A DNA stretch of 63,103 nt, the filler included. It is 6 parts of 6 records of this genome, joined end to end, with 100 filler letters (N's around TTAATTAATTAA, not from the genome) between each part and the next. Parts side by side here need not be neighbours in the genome. Positions count along the whole stretch, not along the records: positions 1 to 25,860 come from SRR31156797_5032; positions 25,961 to 32,920 come from SRR31156797_5051; 4 more parts are not named here. One strand, 5' to 3'. The translations under genes were made by a program, and so were the position numbers. Under the pieces are notes generated by a model. The model did not search any database. It was not told the DNA's origin and worked only from the letters and a program-made list of their open reading frames with translations. This document shows, one piece after another, positions 19,765 through 29,120 of the stretch (its first letter is position 1; each line of letters begins with the position of its first letter).

Positions 19765-20037
19765 TTGAAAACTCCTTCCTTCCCATGTGTCCGGGGTTCC
19801 ATGCATCCCCGGGAATCCCGGACAAAGATTTCTAACCGGGCTGGCTGAAAATTTTATTGTAAATTGTCTTGTGGGTAACAACTTTTTTAGCCAGTCCGGT
19901 AATTTTTCATCACCCCATCCTCCAAATAAAAAATCGACTTGATCCTTATGGTTCAGGTCGATTTTTGTTTATGGAGCAAAGCTTGTTTTGTCTGTATCAT
20001 CGTAAGCAGGAGAAACAGTCAATCAAGGAGCAGGGCA

Positions 20038-20283
20038 ATGAAAAGGAAAGTGTTGCGGGCCACAGTATTTGCGTTGGTTTTGGGGGTAGGTTTTTTTCTT
20101 GGCACCATTTATGACAATCAAGGTCAAGCCGCAGGAACGTGCAATGTTGGAACAATAGCGTGTAGTTCCTCGTATATCCGGCTGGATATTAAGTCTCCTG
20201 TTCCTATTACTAAAATGAATAGGCACATGTTCTATCAAAAGGATGCAAACACATGGAATCTGACCATATGGTATAACCAGTAG
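20038..20283 (+). CDS. Small exported hypothetical protein
   Basis: AAGGAG RBS; basic N-terminus plus hydrophobic helix; two Cys. Confidence 0.6.
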   Translation: MKRKVLRATVFALVLGVGFFLGTIYDNQGQAAGTCNVGTIACSSSYIRLDIKSPVPITKMNRHMFYQKDANTWNLTIWYNQ

Positions 20284-20319
20284 ATTGGTTCTGTATCAAT
20301 CTTTGCAGTCGAGTAAATC

Positions 20320-20354
20320 AAAAAATCCCCCTCGGATTGTTCCAAGGGGGATTT
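20320..20354. terminator. Terminator between convergent genes
   Basis: AAATCCCCCT/AGGGGGATTT stem. Confidence 0.7.
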
Positions 20355-20359
20355 AGTTT

Positions 20360-20959
20360 TTACGGTCTGTATTTCTCAGGCAACTTAAATTTCAGCCAGT
20401 AGCTCCAAAGCAGCCAGACTGAAATAGCCACGCACAGCCCAAAAGCCCATCCGGCCATTACGTCTGTGAGGAAATGCTTGCCCAGATAGAGGCGCGAGTA
20501 GCCGACTCCAATGGGCAGAAAGAGCATCCATGGGCGCAGTTGGCGGAAGAAGAACATGAGCATGACCGCAAAGGCCATGGAGTTTGCTGCATGCGCAGAG
20601 GGGTAGGAGTTGCCGCGTTCTTTGGTCTGCTGGTAATCGAGCGGCCTGCGCTGCCAGATACCGTCTTCCTTGAAATAGGTCAGGGCGATGGAATTGAGCG
20701 GGCGGACCCTGCCGATTGATTTTTTGATGATGTTGGTGGAAAAGTCAGCCAGCCCCATGGTGGCGGAGATGAGCAGGATGATGACTAGAAATTTGGCACC
20801 TTTTTTCCAGACCCCGAAGATAGTTACCATCGCGATGATGGACCAGAGCAGGGCGGCGGATGAAAGTAAGGGCATTGCTATATCCATCCAGTGCTTGCGG
20901 AATATCTGGTTGGCCAGAATGAATATCTGCATATCCAGCGGTTGAGTAAGAAACGGCAC
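20360..20959 (-). CDS. PAP2-family membrane phosphatase
   Basis: KxxxxRxRP, YPSAH, SRLYLGKH..D motifs. Confidence 0.92.
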   Translation of the reverse strand: MPFLTQPLDMQIFILANQIFRKHWMDIAMPLLSSAALLWSIIAMVTIFGVWKKGAKFLVIILLISATMGLADFSTNIIKKSIGRVRPLNSIALTYFKEDGIWQRRPLDYQQTKERGNSYPSAHAANSMAFAVMLMFFFRQLRPWMLFLPIGVGYSRLYLGKHFLTDVMAGWAFGLCVAISVWLLWSYWLKFKLPEKYRP

Positions 20960-21130
20960 TTATTTCTCCTGTATGAGCGTTTTCCTTGGCAAGACGGTTG
21001 TTTCCGAATAACATCCCCGTCCGTTGCAATGATTTTAGCTCGCAATTTTAATTTCAGGCGGCGTTAATGTTGCCGCACTATGGTCTGCGAGTATCAATAT
21101 AAATAAAAGCCCGCAAGGGACTTCACATAG

Positions 21131-22255
21131 ATGAACATGAAAAGAATTGCCTTAATCCTGCCCCGTTTCAGCCGCTACGGCGGAGTGGAACGTTTTGGTT
21201 ATAACTTAAGCGTTGCACTTGCTGATGCTGGATATTCTATCGATTTTATCTGTGCCCGCGCTGAGGATACGCCTCCGCAGGGTGTGAATATCGTTAAAGT
21301 AGGGCGTTATGGATTCTGCCGCGTCGGGAAGCTGCTTTGGTTTGTGCTGGCTTCGGAAAAGGCGCGCAAGAACGGTAACTATGACCTGACCATCAGCCTT
21401 GGGAAATCTTTGAATCAGGATATTCTGCGTATCGGTGGCGGGCCGCTGGAATCTTTCTGGTCCCTCTCGCAACGGGCTTGGCCTGCTGGGTTCGCGCGTT
21501 TCTTTAAGATGTTTTGCCGTCGCACCGCGCTGGTCAATATGCTTATCAAATATATTGAGCGTAAACAGGCTGCATCGGATTGCCGCATGGTTTGTGTTTC
21601 TCACCGGGTGCGTGATTGGATGGTGGATTCACACCCTTCACTTAGTGGTCGTAAAATTGATGTTATCTACAATAAGCCGGATCTATCCCTGTTCAGCCCG
21701 CTTAGCCAAGAAGAAAGAAACTTCGCTCGAGCAAATTTTTCCTTGTCTGATAAAGATGTCCTGATTTCCACTGCGACAACAAATTTTGCGCTCAAGGGTG
21801 TTTCATTCCTGATTAAAGCTCTTGCTGAACTTCCTGCAAATTACCATCTGCAAGTGGCCGGTGGCCGCAATCCCTCCAAGTATATTAAGCTTGCAGAAAA
21901 GTTGGGCGTTGCCGAGCGGACCCGTTTCCTCGGCAAAGTGGAAGATATGCCCGCTCTTTACGGACGCTCTGATCTTTTTGTGCTGCCCTCATTCTACGAT
22001 GCCTGTTCCAACTCAGTGCTCGAAGCACTGGCCTGCGGCACTTCGGTAATCAGTTCCCGCGATAATGGAAGCAGCTACTTCCTGCCTGAAGAGCAGATCA
22101 TCGATGATCCGTCTGATTACATGAAGTTGGCAGAGATGATTAATAAAGTGTCTGCCAACAGGAGTGGAGAAGCTTTTGAGTGGCCAGATGATGTGCCGTG
22201 CGGGATTGAACCATATCTGGAACTGGTCGAACAGTGGTTTGCCGGCAAGAAATGA
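21131..22255 (+). CDS. GT4 glycosyltransferase (WaaG/RfaG-like, probably LPS core)
   Basis: YGGVER, KGV, FVLPSFYDACSNSVLEALACG. Confidence 0.88.
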   Translation: MNMKRIALILPRFSRYGGVERFGYNLSVALADAGYSIDFICARAEDTPPQGVNIVKVGRYGFCRVGKLLWFVLASEKARKNGNYDLTISLGKSLNQDILRIGGGPLESFWSLSQRAWPAGFARFFKMFCRRTALVNMLIKYIERKQAASDCRMVCVSHRVRDWMVDSHPSLSGRKIDVIYNKPDLSLFSPLSQEERNFARANFSLSDKDVLISTATTNFALKGVSFLIKALAELPANYHLQVAGGRNPSKYIKLAEKLGVAERTRFLGKVEDMPALYGRSDLFVLPSFYDACSNSVLEALACGTSVISSRDNGSSYFLPEEQIIDDPSDYMKLAEMINKVSANRSGEAFEWPDDVPCGIEPYLELVEQWFAGKK

Positions 22256-22280
22256 GCTTGGAGAAAAGTTGAGTTCTGAA

Positions 22281-23140
22281 TTATTTAGTTTGGCTTTTGG
22301 GTGTTGAATTAATCCCGGAGGGAATGCTTTGGGTCATAACATTTAGAAGCCCCCACTTGGCATATAGTTCGCGAAGCTTGCCGCTTTCAAAAAGTTTTTT
22401 AAAGCCAGAGTCAAATATTTCCCGAACTCTTCTGCCTCGTTCCGTGTTGGGAAAAACCATACTCCATTCACGTTTAGGTAGTTCCTGAATAGTAAAACGG
22501 GACCAGTCCACTCTGCTAAGGCACAGGTCTTCTTACCTTCTTCAAAGGCTAAGCCACGTCTTTTTTCATGCATAAGATCTTCAAGAATAGTGTAATCATC
22601 GAGGTAATAGCGCATCTTGCCCCGGACAACCATTCGTATTGCGGCATAGCGGGTGCGGACTTCGTGTAATGGAATACCGTACTCCTCACCGATAACCGGG
22701 GGGGTAACTGTTTTATCAATGTGGTTACGGATTGTTTCCAATCCTTTCCAATCCGGTAAATATTTTTTGTCGAACATGGCTGAACTGCGGACAACCCATG
22801 CCGGGTAACGGCTGTGAATAAAGTTTGGAGAATTTTTCTCCGTTCCTCCGGAAATATCGGCACTGCCTTTTTCCACATTTAGTAATGCGCGTTTGAAAGG
22901 AAAGTAGCTTGTTTCAACCTTTATCCCTTGTTCCGTAAATATGGCTTTCATTAAATCGTGGTAAAGCCCGGTCCCGTCACGATTGGTTACGCCTTTCCAT
23001 TCTTGAGTGTGGTATTGAATAACGTTAGGTCTTAATTCTTGTGCTGATGCAGTTGTTTGCATTGAAAAAACACAAAAAATACAGAGTATAAGCAGGTTGC
23101 TCATACGGTGAATATTGGGGTTATAAGAGAGAGGAAACAT
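22281..23140 (-). pseudogene. Frameshifted family-3-like periplasmic solute-binding protein
   Basis: N-terminal ORF (GTGLYHDLM, FPFKRAL) and C-terminal ORF (FDSGFKKLFESGKLRELYAKWG) lie in different frames; shift near 22534. Confidence 0.72.
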
Positions 23141-23187
23141 ACTGATTTTATTTCACTGTACAGGCAAAGAAGCAAGTATAAATCGCG

Positions 23188-23223
23188 AAAAAAGGCGAAG
23201 CCGGAAATCCGGCTTCGCCTTTT
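23188..23223 (-). terminator. Terminator after hisF
   Basis: AAAAGGCGAAGCCGG/CCGGCTTCGCCTTTT perfect stem. Confidence 0.85.
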
Positions 23224-23244
23224 AAATTGTATAAAGTGTAAAAT

Positions 23245-24024
23245 TTACCAGCTGTTACGAACCCGTACGCCTTGAGCAGCCATGTGTTCTTTGAGCTGCG
23301 GGATGGTGTAATCGCCGTAGTGAACTATGGAGGCGATGAGCGCGGCAGTGGCTCGACCTTCGGTTACTGCTTCGACCATGTGCTGCGGATTTCCTGCACC
23401 GCCGGATGCGATAACGGGAATGTGTACGCTTTCGGACACCAAGCGTGTCAACTCAAGGTCGTAACCGGTTTTAACGCCGTCGGCATCAATGGAGTTGAGG
23501 CAGATTTCACCTGCTCCAAGGGATTCACCTGTCTTGGCCCATTCAAGGGCATCGATACCCATGTACTTGCGGCCGCCGTTGATGACGATCTCGAAACCGG
23601 AAGGAATCTTTTCGGATTTCTCCACTCGTTTTACATCCATGCCGAGCACGATGCACTGGGAACCGAAAGCTGCGGCCCCTTCGCTGATGATGTCCGGGTT
23701 CTTTACTGCACCGGAGTTTACGGAAACCTTTTCTGCTCCGGCGAGGAGTACGTCACGCATATCCTGTACAGAGTTGATGCCGCCGCCCACGGAGAAGGGG
23801 ATGAAAATTTCAGAAGCAACGCGTTCGACCACGTCGAGGAAAATGCCGCGTCCTTCGGAAGATGCGGTAATGTCGTAGAAAACGATTTCATCTGCACCCT
23901 GTTCGTAGTAGAGGCGGGCGGTTTCCACGGGGTCACCGATATCGACATTGCTTTTGAATTTAATGCCCTTGGTGAGAATTCCGTTCCTTACATCAAGGCA
24001 AGGGATGACTCTTTTACTAAGCAT
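23245..24024 (-). CDS. hisF: Imidazole glycerol phosphate synthase, cyclase subunit
   Basis: [35 protein letters not shown]. Confidence 0.97.
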   Translation of the reverse strand: MLSKRVIPCLDVRNGILTKGIKFKSNVDIGDPVETARLYYEQGADEIVFYDITASSEGRGIFLDVVERVASEIFIPFSVGGGINSVQDMRDVLLAGAEKVSVNSGAVKNPDIISEGAAAFGSQCIVLGMDVKRVEKSEKIPSGFEIVINGGRKYMGIDALEWAKTGESLGAGEICLNSIDADGVKTGYDLELTRLVSESVHIPVIASGGAGNPQHMVEAVTEGRATAALIASIVHYGDYTIPQLKEHMAAQGVRVRNSW

Positions 24025-24655
24025 CGGAAACCTCCTTGCAGTATTCGTAGAAATTGGAAAGCAGTTTCAGGCCGGGGCGTCCGCTTTTTTCCGGGTGGAA
24101 CTGAACGGCCCAGAGACCTTCGCGTCCGTGCAGGGAGCAGAAGGGGCGGCCATAGATGGTTTCACCGATGATGTGTTTTTCTTCGGGTGCGGGATAGTAG
24201 CTGTGTACGAAATAGAAATGTGCTTCAGGATCGATGTCCTTGAAAAGGACGCAGTCCTGCTTCAGTTCAATCTGGTTCCAGCCCATGTGGGGGACGCGGA
24301 TGGCAACGCCTTCGTAATCTTCCCATGAGGGGTTGAAGAGGCGGCATTCCCCGGGAATTACGGAAAGAGCCTGAGTGTCGTTTTCTTCGCTGTAGTCCAG
24401 CAGGATCTGGCAGCCGACACAGATGCCGAGCAGCGGTTTTTTCTGCTGCACGAGATCTTTGAGAAGTTCATCCAGTCCGCCGGATGTGAGTTCATCCATG
24501 GCCTGTCCGGCAGCTCCGACACCGGGAAAGATGATGCCTGTGGCATTGGACAGGACGTCCTTGTCAGCAGTGATCTGGTTTGGAATACCCAGTTTGTTCA
24601 GTGCACGCTGTACACTGGTCTGGTTTCCGGCCTTGTAGTCAAGAATAGCCAGCAT
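24017..24655 (-). CDS. hisH: Imidazole glycerol phosphate synthase, glutaminase subunit
   Basis: PGVG, GICVG, PHMGWN, YFVHSY, QFHPEKS. Confidence 0.97.
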   Translation of the reverse strand: MLAILDYKAGNQTSVQRALNKLGIPNQITADKDVLSNATGIIFPGVGAAGQAMDELTSGGLDELLKDLVQQKKPLLGICVGCQILLDYSEENDTQALSVIPGECRLFNPSWEDYEGVAIRVPHMGWNQIELKQDCVLFKDIDPEAHFYFVHSYYPAPEEKHIIGETIYGRPFCSLHGREGLWAVQFHPEKSGRPGLKLLSNFYEYCKEVSDA

Positions 24656-24892
24656 GAGAGGGGCCCCCTTCTGTTTGTTAAATACTTATTGAACCGCAGA
24701 AGTCTGTAACTTTAATGAGGGTATATTTCCCGGATGCAGAAATGTATCCGAAAGAACGGCTGCCTTAAGGCGGCAGTATATAACGGTTCTGTTCTATATA
24801 TAGGAGCTAGTCAAAAAAACGAAGGAAAACAAGTGAAAATGTAGCTGGAATATATTTTTTTCAAAAAAAGAAAAGAAGCGGGCAGTAAAAGA

Positions 24893-25705
24893 TTACTTTG
24901 CCATTATGCGCAGGTACAGATCGCCCTTGAAAGGTCCGAGTTTGCGGCCCTGACCCTTTAGGCGGATAGGGCGTCCAATAACGAAATCACGGGGCAGGGT
25001 AATCTCGAGGGTTTTGCTTTTTTTGCGGATGCCCTGTTGTAGGGTAATGCGCACGGTTCGGCCCGGGTGCAGGGCTGAAACCGGGAAATAAACGGTCTGT
25101 TCATCATCCAGCTGGCCTTTGAACCACGCTTTGACCCCTGAACCGAGACCGGAGGAAACATCAACTGATGTGTTCTTTTCACCCCAGTTTACATTTAGTT
25201 TGCGTTCTTTGATCGGGGCGGAGGGCTTGCGGAAAGGTTTGTCCTTGCTGATTTGGCTATAAATGTCTTCAAAGACCTGACGCGCAAAAGGATCATTTAA
25301 AATATCCTTGAGCACGTCTTCTTCTTTCTGGAAAAAATAACGGCTCTGCTGGGCGTTGGAGGTTCCGTTATTGTTACGGGCTTCGGTCTTGGCTTTGGAC
25401 TGCTGCGCCCGGTAGGCGCTGGCACCTTCGCGGGCGGTCTTGCGGTCTGAATGCGATTTGAAGTTTGATTTTTGATTTGTGTAAGACCGTTTTCCGGTGG
25501 AAGCTTTACCGGCTCCAGTGTTTCCGGCTACGTTTTTAAGAAAGACGTAGGCTTCGTTGAGTTCACGGAATTTCTTGGCGGCGTCAGGGCTGGGGTTCAA
25601 GTCCGGGTGCATGCTGAAGGCCAGCTTGCGAAAAGAACGTTTGATGTCCTCCTCGCTGGCGTTGGGTCCGACTTTTAGAATGCTCTGTGCCTGTCTTGTG
25701 TTCAT
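24893..25705 (-). CDS. J-domain (DnaJ/CbpA-like) protein
   Basis: HPD motif, LNEAY; C-terminal IRLKGQG..GDLYL. Confidence 0.88.
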   Translation of the reverse strand: MNTRQAQSILKVGPNASEEDIKRSFRKLAFSMHPDLNPSPDAAKKFRELNEAYVFLKNVAGNTGAGKASTGKRSYTNQKSNFKSHSDRKTAREGASAYRAQQSKAKTEARNNNGTSNAQQSRYFFQKEEDVLKDILNDPFARQVFEDIYSQISKDKPFRKPSAPIKERKLNVNWGEKNTSVDVSSGLGSGVKAWFKGQLDDEQTVYFPVSALHPGRTVRITLQQGIRKKSKTLEITLPRDFVIGRPIRLKGQGRKLGPFKGDLYLRIMAK

Positions 25706-25713
25706 AGCAAAAA

Positions 25714-25860
25714 TTAATCTTCGTCAGTAATCAGTGCGTTGGGTGCAACATCGGGATCGTGCTGGCGCAATCCTTCGGCGCGGATGTATTCCTTGCCTTC
25801 TTCAACAAACTTGGCGTGTCCGGCTTCGTTATTCACACCGGGACAGTAGTCCTGAATCAT
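25714..25860 (-). CDS. 3' fragment of a gene cut by the contig end (possibly YkgJ-like C-terminus)
   Basis: Open frame ...QDYCPGVNNEAGHAKF...ITDED* ends 8 nt before the J-domain gene. Confidence 0.5.
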   Translation of the reverse strand: MIQDYCPGVNNEAGHAKFVEEGKEYIRAEGLRQHDPDVAPNALITDED

Positions 25861-25960
25861 NNNNNNNNNNNNNNNNNNNNNNNNNNNNNNNNNNNNNNNN
25901 NNNNTTAATTAATTAANNNNNNNNNNNNNNNNNNNNNNNNNNNNNNNNNNNNNNNNNNNN
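25861..25960. other. Artificial contig linker
   Basis: N-run, TTAATTAATTAA (stops in all six frames), N-run. Confidence 0.99.
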
Positions 25961-26527
25961 GGAAGTATGATAGTTGATATCGGTGGAGGTTCTACAGATA
26001 TCGCTGTAATTTCACTAGGTGGAACGGTTGTAAGTAAATCAATTAGAATTGCAGGAAATAACTTTGATGAAGATATCATCAGATATGTTAAAAAAGTTCA
26101 TAATCTGTTAATTGGAGATAGAACAGCAGAATATATCAAAATAAATATTGGAGCAGCTCTTCCTCTTGAAGATGAAGAGTACTTAGAAGTTAAAGGAAGA
26201 GATTTAGTAAGTGGTCTTCCTAAAACTATTAGATTAAGCTCTAGTGAAGTACTAGAAGCAATTAACGATTCATTAATGCAAATCGTTAATAACGTAAAAA
26301 CTGTATTAGAAAAAACACCACCTGAGTTAGCAGCTGATATTGTTGATAAAGGTATAGTTATGACTGGTGGAGGAGCTCTAATTAGAGACTTCACTAAATT
26401 ACTTTCTAATTATACTCAGTTACCTGTTTATCTTGCTGAAAATTGTCTTGAAAGTGTTGTACTTGGAGCAGGTATGGCATTAGATAAACTGGATGTACTT
26501 AGAAAAATAGAGAAAGAAGAAAGATAA
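25961..26527 (+). CDS. mreB: Rod shape-determining protein MreB (5' truncated)
   Basis: VDIGGGSTD, KGRDLVSGLP, TPPELAADI, TGGGAL. Confidence 0.95.
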   Translation, partial: GSMIVDIGGGSTDIAVISLGGTVVSKSIRIAGNNFDEDIIRYVKKVHNLLIGDRTAEYIKINIGAALPLEDEEYLEVKGRDLVSGLPKTIRLSSSEVLEAINDSLMQIVNNVKTVLEKTPPELAADIVDKGIVMTGGGALIRDFTKLLSNYTQLPVYLAENCLESVVLGAGMALDKLDVLRKIEKEER

Positions 26528-26530
26528 GAA

Positions 26531-27460
26531 ATGGGTTTTGATATTTTAATTTCGAATAATAATGCAAAACGAATATTGAAAAATGAAATTAAAAAAGAGA
26601 AAACATCAGGAACTTATTTATTTTACGGTAGAAAAGGAGCAGATTTGAAAGAGTTTGCTCTTTCTTTTTCTAAGGCACTTTTATGCGAAGAGGATAAATT
26701 AGAATTTTGTAATATCTGTAGAGTTTGTAGAAACATTGAGAAACAGGTTTATCCTGATATTCACTATATTCAACCAATTGAGTCTGATAGTATATCTATC
26801 TCTCAAATTAGAGAGATGATAAACAAAGCTGTAGAATCCGGTTATGAAGGTAAAAAGAAAGTGTTTATTATAACTGATGTTAACAGACTTAGAAAAGAAA
26901 CAGCGAATTCACTTCTTAAGATCATAGAGGAGCCGCCAAAAAATACTTACTTTATTCTTTTGTCATATTCTTTAAACGTATTACCTACGATCTTGTCCAG
27001 ATGTATACCTGTAAAAATAGAAGTACCTGAAAAATCTGAAATGGATGTTAGTGAAGAGATTTATGATTTTTTCATGGGAGATTCTGAGGATATAAAAGAG
27101 TACCAAAATGGTGATTATGATTTAGATATACAGGTTTCATATGAGCAGCTTGGAGAGATAATAAAAAGTTATATTGAATCAAATGATATTGCATATAAAA
27201 TAGAGTTAATTAAAGCACTTCAAGATTTAATAACTAATATTAAATTTTTATCTGAATTAGATTTATTAAGTTTAGCTGATGAACTTGATATATCAATAGG
27301 TAAAAACAGAGAGTTCTTAAAATATGTTTTATATGTAATAATAGTTAAGTTGAAAAATATTAAGAAAACAGAAAAGTTATTAGAGATAAAAGAGGGGATT
27401 AGTTTTAATATTAATACTTCTCTTGCGCTTTATAATTTTATGTTGAATCTTGCATTATAA
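26531..27460 (+). CDS. holB: DNA polymerase III delta' subunit-like
   Basis: YLFYG, C-x7-CxxCxxC Zn module, YPD, ANSLLKIIEEPP, TILSRC. Confidence 0.88.
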   Translation: MGFDILISNNNAKRILKNEIKKEKTSGTYLFYGRKGADLKEFALSFSKALLCEEDKLEFCNICRVCRNIEKQVYPDIHYIQPIESDSISISQIREMINKAVESGYEGKKKVFIITDVNRLRKETANSLLKIIEEPPKNTYFILLSYSLNVLPTILSRCIPVKIEVPEKSEMDVSEEIYDFFMGDSEDIKEYQNGDYDLDIQVSYEQLGEIIKSYIESNDIAYKIELIKALQDLITNIKFLSELDLLSLADELDISIGKNREFLKYVLYVIIVKLKNIKKTEKLLEIKEGISFNINTSLALYNFMLNLAL

Positions 27461-27467
27461 ATAAATC

Positions 27468-27493
27468 AGACGGTAGTTACTTGCCGTCTTTTT
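27468..27493 (+). terminator. Rho-independent terminator
   Basis: AGACGGTA/TGCCGTCT stem followed by TTTT. Confidence 0.7.
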
Positions 27494-27532
27494 CTGTATA
27501 TGGGAATAAATAAGAAGTTAGAAGAAAAGGTC

Positions 27533-27658
27533 GCAACCTACGCGATTGCATTGCGCGAACCTTACGTTCGATCGTTTTTGGGGTTGCCTCTGAAACTTTA
27601 ATTACAGCGAAGCTAAATCGATGCAACGTAAGGTTGCCGTAGTTTGCCGCGCAGGCAA
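27533..27658. repeat. GC-rich nested palindromic element (REP-like or ncRNA)
   Basis: AACCTTACGTT/AACGTAAGGTT perfect 11-bp arms nested in GCAACCTACG/CGTAGTTTGC; GCGAAGC and TTGCC-GCGCA-GGCAA mini-hairpins. Confidence 0.6.
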
Positions 27659-27693
27659 GGTTTAAGTATATATTGAGAAATAGAGAGGAGTTA

Positions 27694-28347
27694 ATGATGG
27701 TTAGAAAAGAGAGACTTGAAAATGTAATGAGAATTTTAGATGAAATTTATGGCGCTCCAAAGGTTATGCTTGAATATTCAACTCCTTTTGAACTTTTGGT
27801 TGCTGTTATTTTATCTGCTCAATGTACTGATAAAAGGGTTAATATGGTAACGGCTGAAATGTATAAGCATGTAAATACCCCGCAAGGATTCGCTGATCTT
27901 AGTATCGAGGAGATAGAGTATCATATAAAAAGTACAGGTTTTTATAAAAATAAAGCTAAGAATATTAAAAAGTGCAGTGAACAAATTTTGGAAAAACATG
28001 GTGGAGAAGTACCTCTTGATATGGATAGCTTGATTAATCTGGCTGGAGTTGGTAGAAAAACGGCAAATGTTGTTATGGGAGATTTAACTAAACATCCTGA
28101 AGGGATAGTGGTCGATACTCATGTTAGAAGACTTTCTAATAGAATAGGATTTGCTAAAAGTGAGAATCCTATAATTATTGAAAAAGAATTACTTAAATGG
28201 GTAGCAAAAAAATATTGGTTTATTTATCCTAATTTATTAATAAGACACGGGAGAGCTGTTTGTACTGCCAGAAAACCAAAATGTGAATTATGTGAGATTA
28301 TAGAATATTGCAAATACGGTCAAAAAGTACGAAAAGATAAAAAATAA
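27694..28347 (+). CDS. nth: Endonuclease III
   Basis: ILSAQCTD, HhH LAGVGRKTAN, VDTHV, C-x6-C-x2-C-x5-C 4Fe-4S motif. Confidence 0.96.
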   Translation: MMVRKERLENVMRILDEIYGAPKVMLEYSTPFELLVAVILSAQCTDKRVNMVTAEMYKHVNTPQGFADLSIEEIEYHIKSTGFYKNKAKNIKKCSEQILEKHGGEVPLDMDSLINLAGVGRKTANVVMGDLTKHPEGIVVDTHVRRLSNRIGFAKSENPIIIEKELLKWVAKKYWFIYPNLLIRHGRAVCTARKPKCELCEIIEYCKYGQKVRKDKK

Positions 28348-28468
28348 GTTAGTATTAAAACAGCTAAGTTTAAGTGAAAAAATGTAAATAATAAATTACA
28401 ATGTCTGAGAGAAAACTAAGATTACGTAAATAGTTTGATTATCAAAATAAATGTTTTCGAATATTTGA

Positions 28469-28497
28469 TTGCAAACTTTTTGGAAAAGTTGTATAAT
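28469..28497 (+). promoter_or_regulatory. Sigma70-type promoter
   Basis: TTGCAA-17 nt-TATAAT with extended -10 context. Confidence 0.6.
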
Positions 28498-28549
28498 AGT
28501 TTAGTGTAAAGATAAAGTTAACATTTTATTTTTATGAAAGAGAGGAAAA

Positions 28550-29050
28550 ATGTCAAGAGTAAGTAGAGCTTCCGGTAGTTTAAAAGGACTTTTCACTAAA
28601 GGAAAAGGAGCTGAGAGAAAATCTGCTCAGAAATCTTCTAAAAGTACTAAAGGAACAAAAGTAAATGTAAATATCAATCATAGTCCTTTTCTTGATAAAT
28701 TAACTGAGATGGAAACGGATATGGTTCAGGAAGAGTTAATGAATAACCTGGAGGATATAAAAGCCTTAGGTGAGGAGTTAGCCAAAAACCCTACAATGCA
28801 AAATTATAATTTATATAAAAATAAAGTAAGAGCTTTTTTATCAACGGCGCTAAAAAAAATGTATAAAGTTGATAATAAAATGGGACTAAAAAAACTCGGA
28901 CGTGATCAGAAGGTTTATGTAAGTGTTGAGAAGCTTGATAAGGAGTTAGAAGAACTTACTTTGGAATTCATTAAAGAGCAGTCAGATGCTATTTATATAT
29001 TAGATAAAATTGAAGGAATTCAAGGGCTGTTATTAAATGTTTTAGGATAA
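28550..29050 (+). CDS. YaaR/DUF327-family protein
   Basis: GEELAKNPT..YKNKVRAFL, KLDKELEEL, IEGIQGLLL pattern. Confidence 0.8.
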   Translation: MSRVSRASGSLKGLFTKGKGAERKSAQKSSKSTKGTKVNVNINHSPFLDKLTEMETDMVQEELMNNLEDIKALGEELAKNPTMQNYNLYKNKVRAFLSTALKKMYKVDNKMGLKKLGRDQKVYVSVEKLDKELEELTLEFIKEQSDAIYILDKIEGIQGLLLNVLG

Positions 29051-29120
29051 GATGAAATTCTTGACTTTTTAATAAAGAATGTTAAAGTAGAAATAAATTT
29101 TAAATAAAAAGGTGATTTTA

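Noticed and set aside
23272..24171. 299-aa plus-strand ORF
   Set aside because: Antisense shadow of hisF/hisH
25905..25916. Recurrent TTAATTAATTAA as a biological repeat
   Set aside because: Always embedded in N-runs; an artificial six-frame stop linker
25734..25916. ORF running into the N linker (also the minus-strand ORF 38205-38717)
   Set aside because: Artefacts of translating through Ns; antisense to real genes
27533..27658. SRP, 6S or tRNA identity for the palindromic element
   Set aside because: Lacks the SRP helix-8 motif and a tRNA cloverleaf; shorter than typical 6S with no clear central bubble
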